NCBI GenBank assembly: GCA_934636825.1
Contig: CAKUBG010000001.1
Coordinates: 256,080-320,079 of the forward strand
DNA: 64,000 nt
Origin: an uncultured bacterium
GTDB taxonomy: Bacteria; Vulcanimicrobiota; Xenobia; Xenobiales; Xenobiaceae
Direction of reading: 5' to 3'
Notes under the pieces: model-generated
What the model was told of the DNA's origin: nothing
Database searches by the model: none
Seen by the model: only the letters and a program-made list of their open reading frames with translations
Made by a program: the position numbers and the translations under genes
Part shown: positions 9,942-19,500 of the stretch, piece by piece
Position numbering within the stretch: the first letter of the stretch is position 1
Layout: each line of letters begins with the position of its first letter

Positions 9942-12794
9942 CTATTTGTTAGGAGAAATGTAACCCATTACACAAGCTTGGTTACGATCATAAGTTTTTA
10001 CTCTGACAGCTCCGGGAGAGCCGCTGTTACCTTCAACCGTAGTGACAACTCCAGTTGAGTTATCGTAACTAACTACAATACCTACATGATCAGCACCAGA
10101 TCGAGTGTTGTCCCAGTCGAACATAATCATATCACCGGACTGAGGTTCATAATCGCCTCCAGCTTGGCTCCAAGTGCCTTCGCCCTTAGACCACTCCACC
10201 AAAGTGGGAGTATAGTTCACATTGGAGCAATTGCTAAAGTCCATGACGCCATTTTTAGCCAAGATACCGGTAGCGAAGGCGGCGCACCAAGGTTGAGACT
10301 GGCAGTCTAAAGCCCAACTCTGGTTACAATCTTTGGTAATAGCGTTAATTTCGGCAGCATTAGAGTTCTCGGTCATGCCTTCCATAGACAAAGCTTCATT
10401 AAGAGCAGCATCTATGCCCTCACCGCCCTTGGTAGAAGCACCTTCCAAATGCTCGAGCATATAAGAGCTGACCTGGTTTTGATAGATGCTAGTAACGCCG
10501 TTATGCCAGTTTTGATCAGTAGCCCAACCGGCTTCATTAACGGCAGCGGTTTGATCAGCTACTGAAGCATCGGCAGAGGATCCACCCTTTTCACGTAAGT
10601 TGGCAAAAGTTTTGGCTCCAACTTGTATCTGATTTTTTACACCAGCAAACGTAGAATTGGTAGTAGCATTAGTGGGGTTGGAATCGTAGGCGCCTACGCC
10701 CATCCAACCGTTGATGCCGATACCGGTTTTGCCCCATTGCGTCTCTTGACCGGCAATAGAAAGCAAGATCAAAGGATCGACATTATATTCTTTACCAGCT
10801 TCAACGAAGAGTTTGCCCGTGCCTTCGGGGGCTTCGGAGCCTTGCTCACTCAAGAAGCCATCAATAGCGCTAGCTATATCTTCATCTGAACAATTAGACA
10901 GATCTAAATCTCCGGCGGCACTGCTTCTCTTCACTGACGATCCTGAGCTTACACTACCGGAACTTCCTGAACTACCTACGCTCCCGCTGCTACCAACGCC
11001 GCCGTAACTGCCGCTACCTCCGGAGCTTCCCGTGCTACCGCTGCCAGAAGACTGATTAGCCGCTTGAGCTGCGGCCAGTTGCTCACCCAAAGCTTCAATT
11101 TGCTTTTGTAAGTCTTCGTTAGTTATGCCGACAGCTTCTTCAAAGCCATTGGTCTCTTCAGCTTCATTGGCTTTACCGTCAACTTCAGAAGCCGTCTCTT
11201 CAGTTTGTTCAGCATTTTCCGTAGCGCTGTCAGCTTGGCCAGCAGCTTCTTCGGCTTTACTATCGGCTTCAGAAGCAGCAGTTTCAGCATTTTCAGCTTG
11301 AGCAGCGTCTTCGTCGGCTTGATTTTGAGCTTGTTCGGAATTGTCAGCATCTTGAGTAGCTTCAGCTTCAGCATTTTCGGAAGTACCCTCGGCAGCACTG
11401 ACCATATCTTCTAATTGAGAAGCCTTATCTTCAGCTTCGTCGGCAGCTGTGTGGGCAGCTTCAGCTTTAGCTTGAGCAGATTCCAAAGCGGATTGAGCCG
11501 AAGCTATAGCTTCATCATCTTGCACTTCGGTAGTATTGCCATCTTCGTCTTCAACAGTCTTGGTGGCAGATTGAGCCTCTTCTAAAGCAGATTGAGCTTC
11601 AGATACTTCAGAATCGGCCTGATCGGCTTCTTCGGCTTTACTATTAGCTTCGGTACGAGCTTGCTCAGCGGCTGCTTTCAGTTCCTCTAAAGTGCTCTTG
11701 GCTTCTTCGGCTTTAGACTGAGATTGCTGAGCTTGATCAGCAGCTTGGGTAGCTTCACTCTGAGAAGCTTGAGCAGCCGAACTGGCTTCAGTAGCAGTTT
11801 CACCAGCTTGGCTGGCTTGTTGTTGGGCGCTCTGAGAATTGGCATTGGCAGTTTCAGCTTTAGCCTGAGCCTGCTCTAAATTGGAAGAAGCATTTTGCTG
11901 AGCACTCTGAGCAGCCTCAACTTTATCTTGCTGATTCTGAGCTTTGGTAGCATTTTCTTGTTCAAGCTGGTTCTTAGTAGAATCTATAGTGTCGCTCAAA
12001 CGAGAAATATCATTTTGCATTGAGCTTAAAGAATCTTGAGTGTTGCTTAAATCTTGATTTACTTGATTCAGTTCTTGGCTGAGCTGCTCAACTTTTTCCT
12101 GATCTCCATCAGCCTGAGCTTCAGCCAGCTCTTCTACCAACTGAGCCTGTTTTTGCTCCAAAGCCTCACGCTCTTGAATTTTCTCTTCTTGCTCTTTTTT
12201 GAGCTCTTCCATTTCGGCTTCTAAACTGCTTAAAGTTTCAGCCGTAGTCTCTTCTTTGCCCTCACGATCGCCTTCAGCAATCACATTCTCCAACTCACGC
12301 TGGGCAGCGTCTAAATCAGTATCGGCTTCGTCAACCTCAGAATTGGCTTCAGTAGCCGCAGCAGCCTGTTCGGAAGCCTCAGTTTGAGCCGTAGTTTGAG
12401 AAGCTGCCGCTTCCGCAGCTTCAGCATTTTTACTATCAGCCTCTTCTACAGCTTCTTCAGAAGCTATTTGATTATTTTCATTCTCTTCGAGAGCATTGGT
12501 CTCCTCATTGGCAGCAGTTTCAGACGCTTCTTCACTGTCTTGAGTTTGTTCGGTGGTTTGAGCTTCTTCTGAAGCTTGAGCTTCACCATCAGTCTCTTCA
12601 GAAGCTTTATCTTCATCTAAAGAAGCCACACTGAGATTACCAAAAGAGCTCAATACTTCCGAACCGGACAGAGATATAGAATCTTCGGTAGTTAAACTAA
12701 AGCCCGAAGCAGAAGAACTCGTTCCGGAAAGAGAAGGCATATTGCCGGAAATACCAGAGATACCCAAAAAGCTGGAAATTTGATCTAAAGCCAT
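9942..12794 (-). CDS. Giant coiled-coil peptidoglycan hydrolase, paralog 4 (950 aa; glucosaminidase-like + CHAP)
   Basis: N-terminus 'MALDQISSFLGISGISGNMPS' is a diverged form of the paralog 2/3 module. Acidic Glu/Gln-rich coiled-coil. 'FVEAGKEYNVDPLILLSIAGQETQWG', CHAP 'WCAAFATGILAKNG...DHVGIVVSYD'. Confidence 0.8.
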   Translation of the reverse strand: MALDQISSFLGISGISGNMPSLSGTSSSASGFSLTTEDSISLSGSEVLSSFGNLSVASLDEDKASEETDGEAQASEEAQTTEQTQDSEEASETAANEETNALEENENNQIASEEAVEEADSKNAEAAEAAASQTTAQTEASEQAAAATEANSEVDEADTDLDAAQRELENVIAEGDREGKEETTAETLSSLEAEMEELKKEQEEKIQEREALEQKQAQLVEELAEAQADGDQEKVEQLSQELNQVNQDLSNTQDSLSSMQNDISRLSDTIDSTKNQLEQENATKAQNQQDKVEAAQSAQQNASSNLEQAQAKAETANANSQSAQQQASQAGETATEASSAAQASQSEATQAADQAQQSQSKAEEAKSTLEELKAAAEQARTEANSKAEEADQADSEVSEAQSALEEAQSATKTVEDEDGNTTEVQDDEAIASAQSALESAQAKAEAAHTAADEAEDKASQLEDMVSAAEGTSENAEAEATQDADNSEQAQNQADEDAAQAENAETAASEADSKAEEAAGQADSATENAEQTEETASEVDGKANEAEETNGFEEAVGITNEDLQKQIEALGEQLAAAQAANQSSGSGSTGSSGGSGSYGGVGSSGSVGSSGSSGSVSSGSSVKRSSAAGDLDLSNCSDEDIASAIDGFLSEQGSEAPEGTGKLFVEAGKEYNVDPLILLSIAGQETQWGKTGIGINGWMGVGAYDSNPTNATTNSTFAGVKNQIQVGAKTFANLREKGGSSADASVADQTAAVNEAGWATDQNWHNGVTSIYQNQVSSYMLEHLEGASTKGGEGIDAALNEALSMEGMTENSNAAEINAITKDCNQSWALDCQSQPWCAAFATGILAKNGVMDFSNCSNVNYTPTLVEWSKGEGTWSQAGGDYEPQSGDMIMFDWDNTRSGADHVGIVVSYDNSTGVVTTVEGNSGSPGAVRVKTYDRNQACVMGYISPNK

Positions 12795-12847
12795 AAGTTT
12801 CTCCTCAATTTTTAGGTCATACTTTCTTAATATACGACCTATACTTA

Positions 12848-12882
12848 CTGATAATTATCAGAGAAAACATCGGCATTATCTA
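12848..12882 (-). promoter_or_regulatory. Conserved promoter module of paralog 4, including the perfect palindrome CTGATAATTATCAG
   Basis: - sense: TAGATAA (12876-12882), 15 nt, TGATAAT (12854-12860). TGATAAT lies inside the 14-bp perfect palindrome at 12848-12861. The GTTAAATAAATGTTAA box is absent here. Confidence 0.45.
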
Positions 12883-13004
12883 GTAAAAAAAAGCTCGTAA
12901 AATTCGGCTTTTATTATAATTAAATATAAGAAAAATAAATAAGCAAAAAATGATAATAAATTAAAGGAAAGCTAAGGGAAGAGGAATTAGGACTAACAGC
13001 TTAT

Positions 13005-13712
13005 TTGCGTAAAAAAACGCTAATGGCAGGATTGACTTGGCCAGGAGCAAACTTGGCGGCCATGTTAGAAATTTGGTTGGTTCGCCACGGCAGTACCGAT
13101 TGGAATAAAGTCAGACGCTGGCAAGGTCATAGCGACGTTCCCCTTAACGAATTGGGAAAGAGTCAAGCCAGAGCCTTGGCGAACAATTTAAAAGATGTCC
13201 CCTTTACTCAGGTTTGGAGCTCAGATTTGCACCGCTGCATAGAGACAGCCCGCTTGGCCCTTCCTAATTTAGATCCTCAGGAGATACGTTTAGATCGGCG
13301 TTTGCGCGAGATTCCTATGGGTATCGTAGAAGGACGCACTTGGGATGAACTTACCAAAGAAGAGCAAGATAAAGTAACCGCTTGGTGGAAAGATCCTTAC
13401 AAAACTTACTTTCCGGGAGCCACCGAAACTTTGCAAGACGTAGCCGACCGAGCTGAAGCTTGGAGACGCGATTTACCCAAAGACGGACGCGTGATAGCTT
13501 TCAGCCACGGCGGAATTATCCGAACCATACTTTGGGGAATCGTCGGCCCCCCCAAGGGACAGTACCAATGGTCTATGGAGTTGGGAAATACCGGAGTAGT
13601 TCGCTTGCGCTATCACGAAGATTTCCCTTGCTTGCTGTCATTTAACGATATGTCGCATATCAAAGACGCTTGGGCTTTACCACCGGCTCAAAACGTACCC
13701 GGTTCTCCCTAA
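13005..13712 (+). CDS. Histidine phosphatase family protein (phosphoglycerate-mutase-like)
   Basis: 'LVRHGSTDWN' is the RHG catalytic motif. The true start may be the internal Met at 'MLEIWLVRHG'. Confidence 0.65.
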   Translation: MRKKTLMAGLTWPGANLAAMLEIWLVRHGSTDWNKVRRWQGHSDVPLNELGKSQARALANNLKDVPFTQVWSSDLHRCIETARLALPNLDPQEIRLDRRLREIPMGIVEGRTWDELTKEEQDKVTAWWKDPYKTYFPGATETLQDVADRAEAWRRDLPKDGRVIAFSHGGIIRTILWGIVGPPKGQYQWSMELGNTGVVRLRYHEDFPCLLSFNDMSHIKDAWALPPAQNVPGSP

Positions 13713-13749
13713 CAGCCCACTAAAGAAAGGAACGGCCTACTTAAATAAA

Positions 13750-14484
13750 ATGAACAAATTCTTTACCAAAAGCCTCATTGTTTCCTTAGCTCTAATTGGT
13801 TGTGCTTGCTGGCCCGCTTCAGCTTTAGCCGAAGAACCAACCCCAACGAAACCTAACACCAGCATTGAGCAAAATCTTTTGGCTGCCAAACCGGAGACCA
13901 CTTCCAAATACAGACACCTCAAGCCATTTTATGACAACGCTCCTGCTCTTACAGAAGTTGTAAAAGTACGCTTCAAAACCAGTGCAGGCAATATTGAGAT
14001 GGAAATTTATCCTCAAGCTGCTCCTAATGCCGCCAAGCGTTTTGTAGAGTTGGTCAAAGCCGGTTATTACGACAATACTCCCATCTTCCGTGTAGTAAAG
14101 AATCCTCGTCCCTTTGTAGCCCAATTCGGCATCAACTGGCGAGATGGCCAGCGTCAATGGAACGAAAAAAGATTCAATGATGATCCAAGTCTCTTCCACT
14201 TGGAAGCCGGAACTTTAGCTTTTGCCAAAGCCGGCCCCAACACCAACTCCACTCAAGTATTTATAAATTACGCCAATAACGATTTCTTGCGTGGACAAAC
14301 TTTTTCGACTTTCGGCATTATTACCAAAGGTTTGGAAATTGCCAATAATTTTAAGCAAGTAGGCGATCCCAATATGGGCTTAAATCAGGGCATGCTTTCC
14401 ACCAATGGAGACGCTTATTTAAAGCAACTTCCTGCTAATCAGCAACCTACCATGATTATCAAAGCCGAAGTTATTAAAGACTAG
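13750..14484 (+). CDS. Cyclophilin-type peptidyl-prolyl cis-trans isomerase, secreted
   Basis: N-terminal signal peptide (..SALAEEP). 'FKTSAGNIEMEIYPQAAPNAAKRFVELVKAGYYD...FRVVKN...FVAQFG' is a cyclophilin fold signature. Confidence 0.75.
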   Translation: MNKFFTKSLIVSLALIGCACWPASALAEEPTPTKPNTSIEQNLLAAKPETTSKYRHLKPFYDNAPALTEVVKVRFKTSAGNIEMEIYPQAAPNAAKRFVELVKAGYYDNTPIFRVVKNPRPFVAQFGINWRDGQRQWNEKRFNDDPSLFHLEAGTLAFAKAGPNTNSTQVFINYANNDFLRGQTFSTFGIITKGLEIANNFKQVGDPNMGLNQGMLSTNGDAYLKQLPANQQPTMIIKAEVIKD

Positions 14485-14538
14485 ATTTCAACTGGAGGGC
14501 TAAGCACTTTTTATGTGGCCCTTTTTTAGGAGAAAAAA

Positions 14539-15279
14539 ATGAATAAATACGCCATATCTGCGCTAGCTACCGTTGTATTGCTGGCCAGCGTGCAATTTGG
14601 TTGCACTAAGCAAGAGACGACTTCAGAAAATCAGTCAGATGTTCAAACTCAGAGCAATACGACTGAGTCTCAACAACAAGAAAAGGAGAGCCCTATGTCA
14701 GCTCAATATCGTTCCCTCACCCCCTTCGGTTCCAATGCTCCGGCTATTACCGAATATACCTTAGTTCGCTTCGAAACTACCGACGGCGACGTGGATATGG
14801 AAATTTATCCTCAAGCTGCTCCCAATGCCGCTAAGCGTTTTGTAGAATTGGTTGAACTTGGATATTATAACGACACCCCTATTTTCCGCGTAGTCAAGAA
14901 CCCCCAGCCTTTCGTAGCCCAATTCGGTATCAACTGGCGCAAAGGTATGATCGATTGGAGAGACAAGAATTTCAACGATGATCCCAGTCTTTTCCACTTA
15001 GATCGCGGCACCTTGGCCTTTGCCAAAGCCGGTCCCAATACCAACTCCACTCAAGTTTTCATCAACTATGGCAACAACGATTTCCTCCAGTCCCAGAATT
15101 TCACCACTTTTGGTAAAGTTGTCAAAGGCATTGAAGTAGCTGATCAGTTTAAGTCCGTAGGCAGCCCCGACATGGGACTCGATCAGGGTATGCTTTGGTA
15201 CAATGGCGAAGCTTATTTGAAAAGCTTACCTGCCAACCAGCAGCCTACTATGATCAAAAAAGCTTACGTAGTTAAATAG
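14539..15279 (+). CDS. Cyclophilin-type peptidyl-prolyl isomerase, tandem paralog
   Basis: About 65% identical to the upstream gene across the cyclophilin domain. Signal peptide present. Confidence 0.75.
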   Translation: MNKYAISALATVVLLASVQFGCTKQETTSENQSDVQTQSNTTESQQQEKESPMSAQYRSLTPFGSNAPAITEYTLVRFETTDGDVDMEIYPQAAPNAAKRFVELVELGYYNDTPIFRVVKNPQPFVAQFGINWRKGMIDWRDKNFNDDPSLFHLDRGTLAFAKAGPNTNSTQVFINYGNNDFLQSQNFTTFGKVVKGIEVADQFKSVGSPDMGLDQGMLWYNGEAYLKSLPANQQPTMIKKAYVVK

Positions 15280-15302
15280 TTATAACGCATTATTGCTACA
15301 AA

Positions 15303-15360
15303 AAAGCCATTTTCTCTAAGTCTGTTCTGCAAAAGTCAGATGACGAGAAAATGGCTTTTT
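15303..15360. terminator. Bidirectional terminator between convergent genes
   Basis: 13-bp stem AAGCCATTTTCTC/GAGAAAATGGCTT, with A6 upstream and T5 downstream. Confidence 0.6.
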
Positions 15361-15391
15361 GGGTACTGAGCGATCAATAAAAGACGATGTT

Positions 15392-16513
15392 CTACTGAGC
15401 GGCTCTCACATAACCGGCCTTTTCTAAATTGCGCCGCAATAAATCAGCAAATCGTGAAGGAAATTCTGCACTGGAGCAAACTTGCATTCCCGAACCGGCA
15501 GCTCTGTGATATCCGGCTTCACCACTTAAAAATACCAAGAAACAATTATCTTGTTCAAAGCCAAAATGGGCCGAAAAAGTATCGTAAGCAGAAATGCTGT
15601 CAATATAATTATCTCCGGACTTGCATTCCAGCCAATAATATTGATTGGCACAACTTACCAAAATATCTCTTTCGCGAGGAGTTCCTTGGCACATAAGTTT
15701 GGCATTGCGAATAATTTCAAACTCATTTTCGTCCAAGTTGAATTCACGACGTACATTCTTTATTACCGCTGCCGTCTTTTGAGCCACATAACGCTCAAAC
15801 CAAAAACCGCTAAAGAAATTGTGAGCAATGCCTATCGTAGAAGCTCGCGCCTGAACTTTGAAGTCAGGGTAGCCTAAATAGCGATATTCATCTAAAAAGG
15901 CAATTTCATAAAGTGCGCGACAGAGCTTGTCAATTACTTTCGCCGACGAAGCCGAGCAAGAGGCAAAATCCAAAGAGAAATTAAAACCGGTACGCAAGTT
16001 AGCTTTTATAGCCAACAACAGAGGACAAATATCCGAGTAGCGGTTTCCCATATAAAGAGCGATTTCTTCCAATCTGTCGTCAAGAGACTCAGGCACCAGC
16101 GGAGAAAATACATCACAAATCGTTATGCCTCTAGTTTCCAAAAACTCAGACAAGCAAGGATAACGCTTGGCGAAATCTTCTTTAACGTGGCTGCTGGGCA
16201 ACTCAAAAATAAGCTCTTCAGCTTCATCTCCAGATAAAGGAAGTTCTCCAGTAGTATCACCATTATCGGGCTTAACAAGCTTGTTTTCTGGCTCTTGTTC
16301 CGGTTCTTCTGTATCTGTGTGTTCAATCACAGATACAGTTTTTGAGGGAAGCGGTTGTTGAACGATTTGCTGCCCCAACTCTTGGCTTGTCTTTATCAAA
16401 TCGGCCGCAGCAGATAAATTATCCCCGGAGAGAACGGCGCCTCGCTCTATGGCAGCAGCGATACGCTCCAAAGCACCGGCTATTCGCTCTAAAGCATTTC
16501 CAATCTTATCCAT
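15392..16513 (-). CDS. Hypothetical protein (N-terminal ALERIA repeats; C-terminal D..ExK-like motif)
   Basis: ORF only. 'DILVSCANQYYWLECK' resembles a PD-(D/E)xK signature, but that is not conclusive. Confidence 0.4.
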   Translation of the reverse strand: MDKIGNALERIAGALERIAAAIERGAVLSGDNLSAAADLIKTSQELGQQIVQQPLPSKTVSVIEHTDTEEPEQEPENKLVKPDNGDTTGELPLSGDEAEELIFELPSSHVKEDFAKRYPCLSEFLETRGITICDVFSPLVPESLDDRLEEIALYMGNRYSDICPLLLAIKANLRTGFNFSLDFASCSASSAKVIDKLCRALYEIAFLDEYRYLGYPDFKVQARASTIGIAHNFFSGFWFERYVAQKTAAVIKNVRREFNLDENEFEIIRNAKLMCQGTPRERDILVSCANQYYWLECKSGDNYIDSISAYDTFSAHFGFEQDNCFLVFLSGEAGYHRAAGSGMQVCSSAEFPSRFADLLRRNLEKAGYVRAAQ

Positions 16514-16566
16514 AAGTTTTCATCTTTCTTTGGCTGTACGAACTTATAACTTAATAGGCGCTTTGC

Positions 16567-19500
16567 TCAGCGACGCTTTCCTTTGGTTCTGGCAGCTATT
16601 CTCTTAAGATATTTGGCCTTTTTCTCTAAAGAAGCACTATTATCTTTAACTTCTTCAACACTCTCGACCTCGACGATTTCACTGCCAACAACAATTTGCG
16701 GATCTTCATTTTTTGCTTCTGAAGCTTGCATCTTTTCTGCCCTGACAGTTTGCCAAGTATCGGCAGAAGCAACACAGAATGGAATAGCATGAGCTGTGGC
16801 ATAAGACTCGGCAGCAGAACCCTGAGGAGCGTAAATAGTAAGCTTCTGAGAGACATCAAAGAGTTTTTCTTCCAAATGGGTTAAACTCTCGGGAATAAAA
16901 ATGCTTTCTAAGTTGCGACAACCGAAGAAAGCTTTACTACCTACCTCTTTGAGGCCTTCGGGAAGCTCTAAGCTTTGTAAAGAACGACAATCAGCAAAAA
17001 CAGCTTCTCCAAGCTTTATTAAATTCGCAGGCAATTTCACATTGCGAAGATGAATGCAAGCACAAAAAACTCGATTGCCTAATTCTTTGACACTATCAGG
17101 AAGGCTAATTTCAGTAAGTCGCTCACAACTGCGCCAGGCACCGTCTTTGATAGTCTGTAAACCATTTGCGGCCATATTAACAATGCGTAAGCGACTGCAA
17201 CTCCTGAAAGCATCTAAACCAATGGTCTTCAAAGACGGCCCTAAGTTTATCTCCTCGACAATATCGTTGCCCTTCATGAAATTGTCACTGAGAGCTTCAA
17301 CAAAGCGCCCTTTCAATTCGTTGGGGACGTCAACTTTGGATACAGACAAACCAGGCACTTTAGCCAAAACGATTCCTTCGCTGGCAGTCTCAGAAGCTGC
17401 ACTTGGAGTAGAAACTTTTTTCAGCATTTCCAATTTTTGAGGACTCAATAAGTCCGATACCGGGGCACTTAAAGAAGTGTGCTGCTGGACTTTAACTCTG
17501 TTGTCTTCTTTAAGGTGAGCAGCCTGAACATCTTTCTTTTCGGTTGGGTTGGAAAGCGAATGACTTTCTTCACTATTACTCGCTCTTATTCCGCTTAGCG
17601 CCAGAGCCCCCTTATAGTAACGCTCCAATTCCAAATTGATTTTAGTTGTCAGCGAAGGAGAACTGTGATTCAACGCTCCAACAGCGGCAACAACCGATAA
17701 TTTAGAAGGAACTTCTATAGAAGAATTGCGATCTGAAGCGGACAATTGAGAAAGAATATGCGTAGGCCGTTTTTCACTTAAAGCCAATGGACCCTCAGCA
17801 AGCTTTGTTTTGAGCGAAGTTACAGCAACCGCAGATTGCTTTGCAACGGCATCAGTTGCGTTGGCGCCTGGAGAGAGTACCTCTGCAATTTTCTGTGTAG
17901 GAAGCTCTTGTTCATCGCTTACAAGAGTTTTTTCAGCAATCTTTTTATGTAAACGACAAGCTTTATTTTGCTCTTTTATACCAAACTGATGGAACCAGCC
18001 TATTTTTTCCATACGGTCCAGAACATCGCAAGCGGCCCTCAGAATGTCTTCAGGCTTAATTTCTTTGGGCTGTTCATTGTTAGCGTCAGTAGTGTCTTTG
18101 ACAAGAATATCTTTAATAGGCGATATGTCTTCTATAGAAGAGAACATGCGCGAAGAATTAAGTATTCTTTTGGCACTGGAAGAGGTAACTCTGTACCAAG
18201 CTTTTATATAACCGGCTAAGTCAACCAGCTCATAAGCCCCTTGGAGAATAGAGAATACTTTGGCTTGGGATAAACCGGCACAATTGTCCGGATTTAAAAT
18301 ACTACGTTCAGAAGCTATTACTTTATCAGCTTCTGACTTAATTAAGCGCACCACAGGCCTGGGGATACTATGTCCAGCTTTGACACTAAAGGCTTGAGTG
18401 CATCTGGAAAGACTGTCGGAAACTCCCAAACCGCAAAGCATGTAGTCTCCACCTTTGGTGATCAGTTCATTGGCTACGCAACCGTCTTCAAAATTAATCA
18501 ACTCATACTTTATGCCAAATTGCATAGCGTATTCATGGGCGGCCGAGTCTTTTTGGCAAACAATAATAATTTGCTCTGTATCTTTAGCCTTTTCCTCAGT
18601 TTCAGAAGCGCCGTCCAAAGTACAACCACTGCCAAAAATAGGGCTGAATTTACACATTTCCGGGCCGAATTGTTTTACAGAAGGAGGTATAACTACGCGA
18701 CGTAGAGACTGGCAGCCGAAAAATACTCCCACGCCAAGCGAACGCGTGCCGGAAGGGATAACGATATTGACTAAGCTTGAGCAATAAGCAAAGACATAAT
18801 CTCCCAGCGAAACCAAATAAGAAGGCAAATGTATACTCTCTATACCGGAACACCCTAAAAAGGCCCAATTATCTATAAATTGCAAGGAATCGGGGAAGTC
18901 TAAACTTTTTAAAGAATTGCAGCCCCAGAAAGCACTTTTGTCGATAAAACTTAAACGACTGGACCAGCGCACTTTTTGCAATAAATTGCACCCCCAAAAA
19001 GCGGCTTTGCCTATAGAAACCAAATTGTCGGAGCAATCGAGAAAAACTACATTGCGGTTGCAAAACGCTCTGTTGCCTATATGATTTATGCCTTCTAAAT
19101 GAACAGCAACTGGAACATTGGAACGAGCGTCGGCTTTTTTCTCAAAAGCTTTGTGACGAATAACAATCCAATCGCCCTTTGAAGTAATGGCTTTATAAGA
19201 AGAAGGATTTACCCTCAAACCGAACACTTGACGACGGACAGTTTTATTGCCGGGTATTACAACTTCTGCTTCTTCCTCTTCAGGAGTAAGATCTTCGTCG
19301 GAAGTATCTTCGGAGGTGTCATTATCTTCAAGTTCCTCATCTTCTTCGACACCATCTTCTTTTATTTCGTGAAGCAAAGGATCATAAAACTTTATGCGAT
19401 GCAAACGAGCATAATTTTCAGCGCTGCTACTTGGCGTACCATAAATGACCAGCTCGTCGGCTTCGCTGCTAAAGATAGTCCCTTCTTTGCCAAACACAAT

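Noticed and set aside
289-12794. Paralog array read as a phage tail tape-measure or lysin cluster (prophage)
   Set aside because: No capsid, portal, terminase or integrase genes nearby. Each gene has its own promoter and terminator. The flanking genes are housekeeping.
2685-12990. Small immunity-protein ORFs between the hydrolase paralogs
   Set aside because: The inter-gene spacers of 170-310 bp contain only terminator hairpins and promoter motifs. Listed mini-ORFs such as 9858-10058 overlap the neighbouring gene's 3' end and have no RBS.
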